NCBI GenBank assembly: GCA_000091205.1 | Contig: AP006495.2 | Source: Cyanidioschyzon merolae | Taxonomy: Eukaryota | Length of the DNA: 64,000 nt | Reading direction: 5' to 3' (one strand) | In this document: piece after piece, positions 57,065 through 64,000 of the stretch | Layout: each line of letters opens with the position of its first letter | Position numbering within the stretch: position 1 is the stretch's first letter | Position numbers and translations under genes: made by a program | Notes under the pieces: model-generated | What the model was told of the DNA's origin: nothing | Database searches by the model: none | Seen by the model: the letters and a program-made list of their open reading frames with translations, nothing else

Positions 57065-57745
57065 CTAAACATAAGGTATCGTTTTACGGTTGTCAACACC
57101 AGGCTGTGCGGGCTTGTTCTTCGACTGCTTCGTTTCCCCGTCCGGTATCTGCGGCTTGAAGCGCGCTGGCCGCCAATATCCCCGGAACTCCGTGGCCAGC
57201 AGTTGACAGAGGTTGATGGCAGCGTCCAAGTCCCGATGATATTGCTTTACGCTGTTTCCAACGTATGTCATGCACACGGGATAGTCACGCGCTACGCTGG
57301 GCTTGACATTTTCACCATTTTGTTTGTGTAAAGCATTGGTGCGCCCGTCGCAGTGGTTGCACTTGACACTGGCCAGGTGTTCTCGCGTGTCGACCACAGC
57401 GCTCCCGGCGAGCGGCGCCTTGTCGTGCTTCAATACAAGCTTCATTGCCTGGAAGATACCCATAAAGGTACAGAGGGCTCCTGCGGATGACTTCTTCCGT
57501 TTCTGTGCCAAGAGTCCTGACGTGTGACCATGAGGTTTTTCTCCGCGTTCCGATCGGCGAGTTCCGTGCCCGCTGCGTATGTAACTGGACGATGTTCCGT
57601 TCTACAAAGGATTCGTGGAGCGCGGTTTCGTCCATGATGAAATTAGCACGCTATGGAGAATCCAGACTGGGATACAAGTCGAGATATCTCGATCCGTCTA
57701 CGCTCGCCCTGGGGCTAGCGGCAACTCATGATCGAGTCCAATGCC
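57065..57745 (-). pseudogene. Decayed TnpB/Fanzor-like (OMEGA RuvC nuclease) gene relic: zinc finger and RuvC-III are intact but no continuous ORF exists (a stop and a frameshift lie upstream)
   Basis: The frame of ORF 57065..57511 has no ATG; the ORF track started it at a TTG. It encodes '...KLVLKHDKAPLAGSAVVDTREHLASVKCNHCDG...HRDLDAAINLCQ', which aligns with TnpB '...LEYKAKWYG..VVxVDRxFPSSKxCSxCG...DRDLNAAINI'. A candidate RuvC-II ('SFVERNIV') lies in a second frame and a RuvC-I-like 'WGIGLDH' about 175 aa upstream in a third frame. Confidence 0.45.
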
Positions 57746-58799
57746 CCACTTTCCATGCAAACAGAAGCGAAAATGGAGCCCCAGAACGCATATCCCACGA
57801 GAGGTATCCCGCTTCTGTCGGATATCGTTTCTTTGCTGTTTACAAAGAGAGTAGATTTTGTGTTTCGAACGGAATCGAACAATTTTGCGTGAGCGATTCC
57901 AAGTACTTTTGGTATGAGCTCGTGAACAAGTCGTCAAAGGACGATGACGACGATCTTTTCTTGTCGTGGATCCAGCAGCGCGAAGCGTTGCGTGCACGAG
58001 TTGCGTCGGGACCGGAAGATCGAAACCTTGAAGAATGCGAGATTTGAGCATGCTCCACGGAAGCAATGGAGAAGCGCGGAGGCTGGTTCGTATGAAATGG
58101 ATAACGGTTTCAGATATCTTACGAACCCGTGTCGGATGACTTTGCAAATCATCTTGATTCCGGTGACGAAACGAATTCCATAGCCAAAGCATCGAAGGAG
58201 ATTCTCCGAGACCATGCCCAGAAATCCCAAAACTCCGTATGAATCCAAACGCCCCTCTTTCTGCACCTGGAATCTCGAGGCTATGCGTCTAAACAAGCTC
58301 GCAAACAATCGCAAGGCAGGGGCAGATCTAACACTTCATAATTCCATTTTTATCTGGCACGGATCATGTGCGCATGAAACCTGGAATCACGCCATGGTCG
58401 ACAGACGGCACGTTCGTCGTCTCCTAGAGAGCGGCTCGTTCACCATAGTGCTTGTCGAAGACCGCTGTTATTTGGATGAGAAGCGCGTCCAGTAACGCTT
58501 TGCGCAGATGCTATGACGCTGGGCACCTGCACAGCATCAAGAAACTATTCTGTGCATATCGTCCCAGTCGCTGTGAATGCTCGATGCGCACTATCCGTCG
58601 TGAGATATGCGTGAAAAAAGGGACCTCGAGGGAAGCGCAACGATCCGTTATCGGGTACGTTGCTGTGTACTTTGGGTCCGCCAAGGCATGCACCAGCATC
58701 CGCAGTGCCCCGTACAACTGCGATGCCTCTCATGGGAGAGTGATGCGTCTGCCGCGGCTCGCCTGCAAACAGGTTGCCGCAAAGTCATTTTGACCCTCC

Positions 58800-60125
58800 T
58801 CAGTCTCGGTAGATGATGGCGTCGCGGCCGGGTCCGACGCCAATGAACCGCACTGGAACGCCAACCAGCTCTTCGATGCGCTTGACATAGGCCTGGGCGT
58901 TTCGTGGCAAGTCGGCAAAGTCGCGTATCTCAGAAAGCGATTGCTCGTGCCAGCCGGGCATCTGCTCGTATTCGACTTCGCATTCAGCGAGCTCTCGCAG
59001 CGAGGCTGGCATGCCCTGCAATTTTTTTCCGCGATACCAGTACTGGACACCGATCTGGATCTCATGAAAACAACTGAGCACATCGAGTTTCGTTAAACAG
59101 AGCGCCGTGAAACCATTCAAGCGGCAAGTATAACGCAGGAGGAAGGTGTCAAGCCAACCGCAGCGGCGCGGTCGCTGCGTCGTCGTCCCGTACTCTTGAC
59201 CAAGCTGTTGAAGCTGAATTCCGCGGGCGTCCAGTAACTCCGTTGGAAATGGCCCAGCACCGACCCGCGTCGTGTACGCTTTCACAACGCCAATGACCTG
59301 CCGAATGTATGCGAGAGGAATCCCGAGGCCGGTCAGGCAGCCGCCGATCGTGCAGTTGCTCGAGGTCACATAGGGATACGTACCAAAATCGATATCCAAC
59401 ATTGCAGCGTTTGCCCCCTCAACGAGTATCGAGTGTTGGCCATTTGCGAGCATGTCGTAGAGCAAAGTAAACGAGTCTCCGATCATCGGCTCAAGACGTC
59501 GCGCGTACTCGTAGTAACGAGCCACTTCAGCGCGAACATCGTAGTGTTTAAGCGCCTGCTCCGCTGCCGAGCCGAAACGCTTTCGCAAGTCTTCCACTGC
59601 CGATTGTATGTGAGCCTCAAATTCGATACCTCGAAATTCCCGAAGGTCTGCGATTCGCAGGTTTCTGCGATATGCTTTGTCCGCATAACAGGGACCTATT
59701 CCGCGTCGGGTCGTGCCTATACTGCCACCGGCAGTTCCCGCTCGCTCCGTCTCTAGCAGACCATCTGCAATCTGATGGTAATCAAAGAGGATGTGCGCTC
59801 GATCGCTAACGCAAACTCTAGCGGAGACGTTCGGTACGCCCTGCTTCTCTAATTGGTCGATTTCCGCGAACAGGGTCGGCAAGTGCACCACCACTCCGTT
59901 TCCAATGACCACGAGGACTTTGGGGTTTAATATCCCGCTTGGCAACAAATGCAAAGCGTACTTGGTACCATTCACGACGATGGTATGTCCGGCGTTGCTG
60001 CCTCCCTGACAACGGGCGACAACGTCAGCGCGCTGGGCCAGAAGGTCCACCAGTTTGCCCTTGCCCTCGTCGCCCCACTGTGCCCCGAGCACGACGGTGG
60101 CGCCACCTGGTAAATCCGAAGCCAT
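58800..60125 (-). CDS. ADSS: Adenylosuccinate synthetase
   Basis: '[16 protein letters not shown]' is the P-loop, '[13 protein letters not shown]' follows, and the C-terminal 'GVGPGRD' is present. The start was set at the ATG at 60125 ('[24 protein letters not shown]'). Confidence 0.9.
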   Translation of the reverse strand: MASDLPGGATVVLGAQWGDEGKGKLVDLLAQRADVVARCQGGSNAGHTIVVNGTKYALHLLPSGILNPKVLVVIGNGVVVHLPTLFAEIDQLEKQGVPNVSARVCVSDRAHILFDYHQIADGLLETERAGTAGGSIGTTRRGIGPCYADKAYRRNLRIADLREFRGIEFEAHIQSAVEDLRKRFGSAAEQALKHYDVRAEVARYYEYARRLEPMIGDSFTLLYDMLANGQHSILVEGANAAMLDIDFGTYPYVTSSNCTIGGCLTGLGIPLAYIRQVIGVVKAYTTRVGAGPFPTELLDARGIQLQQLGQEYGTTTQRPRRCGWLDTFLLRYTCRLNGFTALCLTKLDVLSCFHEIQIGVQYWYRGKKLQGMPASLRELAECEVEYEQMPGWHEQSLSEIRDFADLPRNAQAYVKRIEELVGVPVRFIGVGPGRDAIIYRD

Positions 60126-60571
60126 TCGACCACGCGCTTGGGCATGCACAGAGCCAGGAGACCTGGACCACACGGGTGCTCCCTGGCGTAAAGTCGAAAC
60201 ACAGATATTGTGTCACTGGTACGAGGCCGTAGCTTATATGTCGCTGGGTATGCTTCGGAAGCCGGCGGCTGCGTGTCGCGTTGGACGTCGTTGTTCATCA
60301 TGGACAATATTGGTCAATACGGCCGTTGAAGGAGCGGCTTTCCCATACGCGAAATACGCCTCTATACCCATTGTATGCAGCATTCAAATCATGAATAAAA
60401 CTAGCCAATACGCTCACTGGATGAGCGGCCTGTCAATGGACGATACGCGCCAATACGCCTACGGAATGCACATGGTCAATTAGGAACAGAACTAGATCAT
60501 ACGCCCATGCAAAGAGCGATGCAGAACTGGCGCCACGACGATGCGACGGATCCGCCGCCCAAGCGTCCAAC

Positions 60572-61321
60572 CTAGGGCAGGTGCGACTGTGCCCTCGAGC
60601 ATCGAGCCGGCCTACTTCGCCCGTGGCAACTCTCAAACGGGATTTCAAACCGATTATACCGCTGATTCCTGTTGCTATCGCACATTCGGGAACCACTGTC
60701 AGGATCATGAATCATGCATGAAAATATTGCGCTGGATCCGAACCGGCAGGGAAGCCCTGCATGAGCTTTTCCGCAGTCTCTGCATCTACATGCCCGAAAG
60801 GCACCTTGGACGAAGGAATCGGGAGAGCTCCTTGCCAGTATGCGCCTTTCGGGAACGTTCGTTCGCAGGTACCACGGCCTGCGTGTGCGCCTCATGATCC
60901 TGTCTGTGGTGAATGCCTGCGCTTGGACCCGCATCCGCAGTTGCCGAGACCATTGCGTTCGTCCATGCACGCATCGAACTGGCATCGCTTTCACTGGACG
61001 ATGGACAGGCAGTACGTTCCAGTGAACGACATGCTCAATGATGATTGCGATCGGGTGCACGCGGCGCGCCAACGGCACATCTCCATACACACCCCATCGA
61101 GTGCCGAGCCCGGCGAGCGCACTCGCGATCATACCAGTAACGTCAGGCGCTGCGGCAGCGAAACGACGCCCCAGGTCGTGACTTGGCGCACGCCCTGGTG
61201 CGTGCGTCACCCGTAGCGGCGCTATTCGTGTGTCATCGTAGGCGCTTACGGTAGGCTTGGCATTCCCAGTATCATAGAAACGAACCACTAAAACCGAAAA
61301 ACGGAATACGTAGTGCTTCAT
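60572..61321 (-). CDS. Hypothetical ORF (249 aa) with a hydrophobic N-terminus; could be spurious in GC-rich DNA
   Basis: There is only an open frame beginning 'MKHYVFRFSVLVVRFY'. I find no recognisable domain. Confidence 0.15.
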   Translation of the reverse strand: MKHYVFRFSVLVVRFYDTGNAKPTVSAYDDTRIAPLRVTHAPGRAPSHDLGRRFAAAAPDVTGMIASALAGLGTRWGVYGDVPLARRVHPIAIIIEHVVHWNVLPVHRPVKAMPVRCVHGRTQWSRQLRMRVQAQAFTTDRIMRRTRRPWYLRTNVPERRILARSSPDSFVQGAFRACRCRDCGKAHAGLPCRFGSSAIFSCMIHDPDSGSRMCDSNRNQRYNRFEIPFESCHGRSRPARCSRAQSHLP

Positions 61322-62094
61322 GGATCTTGAACGAGCTGAAATGCAGAACCATGGTTGCTTCCTCGAATGCGTATCGTGATCGTGGCAACAGGGATCCTCG
61401 GTTCATGCGAGAACGTTCCTGCAGCGACCGAAAAACTCCGGGACACTGCTCGGTGCACCGTGCAGTGTTCCGACTGCAGCGCCTGCGCTCCTGCCGGAAG
61501 CAAGCCTGGGTGCTGGTGTTTGCCGGAATCCCGAGCTCGAATACGGCACGACGGATGCTTCCCCTGATGCCAATAGCCATCGGGTACCTGAGGATCCCTG
61601 GTTCGATACAACGATAACATTTCATTCGAGAAAACTTGAGCGCCTGGCGCACACTGGCACTCTGCCTGGCGGGATCCGCACGACAAGCGGAGCAACTGTA
61701 TCGGTGCTGGAAGCGCCCATCGACCCGGCATGATCCCAAGCCGGTGACTTTGCAAGCGGACGAGCTGCTTCGCTCAGGCCTGCAAGATTGGAAACCATGC
61801 AGCCGCGGACATAGAACGTTGATAGGCATTCAGTCGCCCCGGTCCGAGGTTGATCTACTAAAAACTCGTTTCCTCATCAAAGAAATCACCCAAATATATT
61901 CCTTGACGCGTGGACGTTTCGGTTTCCGACGGATACGCTACACTGGAGACAAGCGTTCGACCGATGGGTCCCGCAGGCGCGCCACCGGTATCGCCGCCTC
62001 CAGCGCTCAGCAGCAGCGCTGCACTAGAAGCAGAGCTGCAGAGCGACAGCATCGCTCTGTTTGCGCTTTTCCTGTAGCGTGCTCGTCGTCCGGT

Positions 62095-62487
62095 ATGAAC
62101 CGAAACGATCAAGCAGTCGCACAAGTGGCAGCACTCAAAAACCTAATCGAACAAGTACGAAGTAAAGAGGATCAATGGACAAAGCAAGTTGCACGAAAAC
62201 GGTCGTTGTTGGCACAGCTACAAGAGAACGAGTTCGTGCGAGAGGAGCTGACGCTCGTCGAGCGCGACCCCGGTGCGCGACTCTACAAACTCCACGGCCC
62301 GTGTCTTTTACCAAAGCGGCGAGCCGACGTTGCTGACAACGTGAAGCAACGCCAGGACCTGTTGCTCGGCGAGATAAGACGGGTAGATGGCGTGATCTCG
62401 AACCTTGAGCGCGAACTGCAGGAACTGCAGCAACGCTTGCGGGAAGCCCAGCGTCAGCTGACCACGCCAGCGACAACAACAGCCTAA
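62095..62487 (+). CDS. Prefoldin beta-type subunit (PFD1-like)
   Basis: 'LAQLQENEFVREELTLVERDPGARLYKLHGPCLLPKRRADVADNVKQRQDLLLGEI' matches prefoldin-1 '...NNIVKEELALLDGSN.VFKLLGPVLVKQELGEA...'. The start was set at the ATG at 62095, which gives about 130 aa. Confidence 0.65.
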   Translation: MNRNDQAVAQVAALKNLIEQVRSKEDQWTKQVARKRSLLAQLQENEFVREELTLVERDPGARLYKLHGPCLLPKRRADVADNVKQRQDLLLGEIRRVDGVISNLERELQELQQRLREAQRQLTTPATTTA

Positions 62488-64000
62488 GTTTTGCCCAGTC
62501 GATCCCGGGGGAAGTGAGGTACACGCTTGTTTTACGTCGCCTGGGTACTACCTGGGGTACTGTCACCAGCGGCGGTGACGGTTAGTGCGCTCGCTGCGAA
62601 GCGCTCTTCGTTGTGCAAGGCCCATGTGCCGTAGTCGGTACTTGAGCTATGCGGAGCTCACATGCTCCAATGCCCCCGTATCGATTCCATGTCGTCTACA
62701 GAGCCGAATGCCTATCGCGTATTCCCAGGGAGAGCAAGTCCACCGAGGCATGCCCCCTCGTTTTCTGCGATGTATCGACCTGGGGATCCGTTGCCTTCCT
62801 TCAGACTCCGCGTGCTCATGTTCAAAAACAGCACGTACGGAGCATGGTGACACCAGCAGCTGTGCCTCTGCGACGTATTCAGGGCTCGAGGACGACTGAG
62901 CACCGCGGTTGCGTGCATCAACAGGATGCACACGATATTCGCGGGGAGGACGCATCCAGTCCCATGCACCCCATGAACAGCTGCCACGACAGCTGCAATC
63001 CAAGTCATCAGTGTCGTCCAGATAGGTTTCCATTCAGCGCTGTGAGTGGAGGATGCATGGAAGCGCGCCCTGTTTCTCGCTGGCGTGCAAGCGGCCTATG
63101 CACGACAACTGCAGCACGTGTCGATAAGGTTACAGGGGTACAAGCGCTTTCGCTCGCAAAGCGCCGGTCTCCAGTGGGCGTCTGTTTTCTTTTTTGGTCG
63201 ACGTAACATTCATACTGACCGAGGATGCCCGTCTACTGGATGATTACCGGTATGCAGGAAAGCATACCGCGTTACTGTCACGTTCTTTTTTATCGACGGA
63301 AAGCGTACACTGACCAGGGATCCTCGTCTTCCCGATATTTATCGGTACCTGATTCCCGTTGGAATTTCGTGCCACGGTTGCCGCACTCTCTGCTGCAGAG
63401 CGAAAGGAAAGCACGGCGTTTCGCTTCCACAAGACTGTACACGACGCGAATCGATGTACTCGCAAAACTTGCACGATAAACAGACGCCAGCTTATTTCAA
63501 GTTGTACAACGGTGCTCTCTAGTACGTCTCCAGTACTGGATACAGATTTGCATTCTCGTGTACGTCCGGGAGCACAGGAGAGATCAAGTCGCTCTGCTGC
63601 AAAATGCGACAGAGCTCTACGAGCGTTCGCGGCCGCTGCGACCCCAGTAGTTGCCGCAGCAATCCGAGTTTTCCTTCAGCTGCGCCTGCAATCACAACGA
63701 GATCTAGTTTTTCACAAACGGAATCGTCCCAACGTCTCTGTGAGGCACGATCTAGATAGATATTCGACGCCGTCGTGTTCCATACAGTCTCGGGCGATGC
63801 ACCATCGCTCGGTTTTGCATAGAGACCCAACATGACCAGCGGCGGCAGGTTTGTATGTGCAGCAGCTGAAGAACGGATGCGCTGGATCAGGCCTTCGAGG
63901 CGCGTAAACCAGCCATCCGGAAACGCTAGCGCATACTCGGCAAAGAGAGGTCGCTGGTGCTGTAGGAATATGAGAATCTTCTCCGATGCAATCGGAGTCG

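Noticed and set aside
1-64000. Prokaryotic features (CRISPR array, operons, defence island)
   Set aside because: There are no short regularly spaced direct repeats and no Shine-Dalgarno-linked co-directional gene strings. The gene content (GCN5 with a bromodomain, Elongator, TFIIH, RNase P protein, SRP receptor, prefoldin) and the Pol III-type tRNA genes are unambiguously eukaryotic.

Overview
The window reads as nuclear DNA from a compact, GC-rich (about 55%), intron-poor eukaryote. About 20 protein genes are encoded as long uninterrupted ORFs on both strands, with no operon structure. The products are typically eukaryotic: GCN5 histone acetyltransferase with bromodomain, Elongator ELP1, TFIIH p52/TFB2, RNase P Rpp30, SRP receptor beta, prefoldin, ascorbate peroxidase and a BRUTUS-like hemerythrin-CHY-RING E3 ligase. 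The window is therefore not prokaryotic, and I found no CRISPR array and no defence-island-like cluster. Protein genes I can support: arginine deiminase (5' end cut by the window edge), YidD, the hemerythrin/CHY/RING E3, YqgF, asparagine synthetase, ITPase, SR-beta, ELP1, GCN5, Rpp30, CorA/MRS2-like, M16 metallopeptidase, PNPO, pterin-4a-carbinolamine dehydratase, ascorbate peroxidase, TFB2, adenylosuccinate synthetase and prefoldin. Two tRNA-Pro genes (anticodons UGG and AGG) are recognisable. Both carry a large insertion in the D-loop, and the AGG copy also has a canonical 12-nt anticodon-loop intron. That resembles the disrupted tRNA genes reported in the unicellular red alga Cyanidioschyzon merolae, whose genome style this window fits. 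Two decayed, frameshifted TnpB/Fanzor-like (OMEGA nuclease) gene relics are present, each with a zinc finger and a RuvC-III motif 'RDLDAAIN'. There is a pair of about 750-bp direct repeats 14.3 kb apart at roughly 98.5% identity, an imperfect about 100-bp tandem repeat, a (CA)n microsatellite and coding trinucleotide repeats. Several 3-6 kb stretches lack a convincing ORF, which is unusual for a genome this compact. The ORF track uses alternative start codons, so gene starts were re-set to the first plausible ATG where I could judge it.
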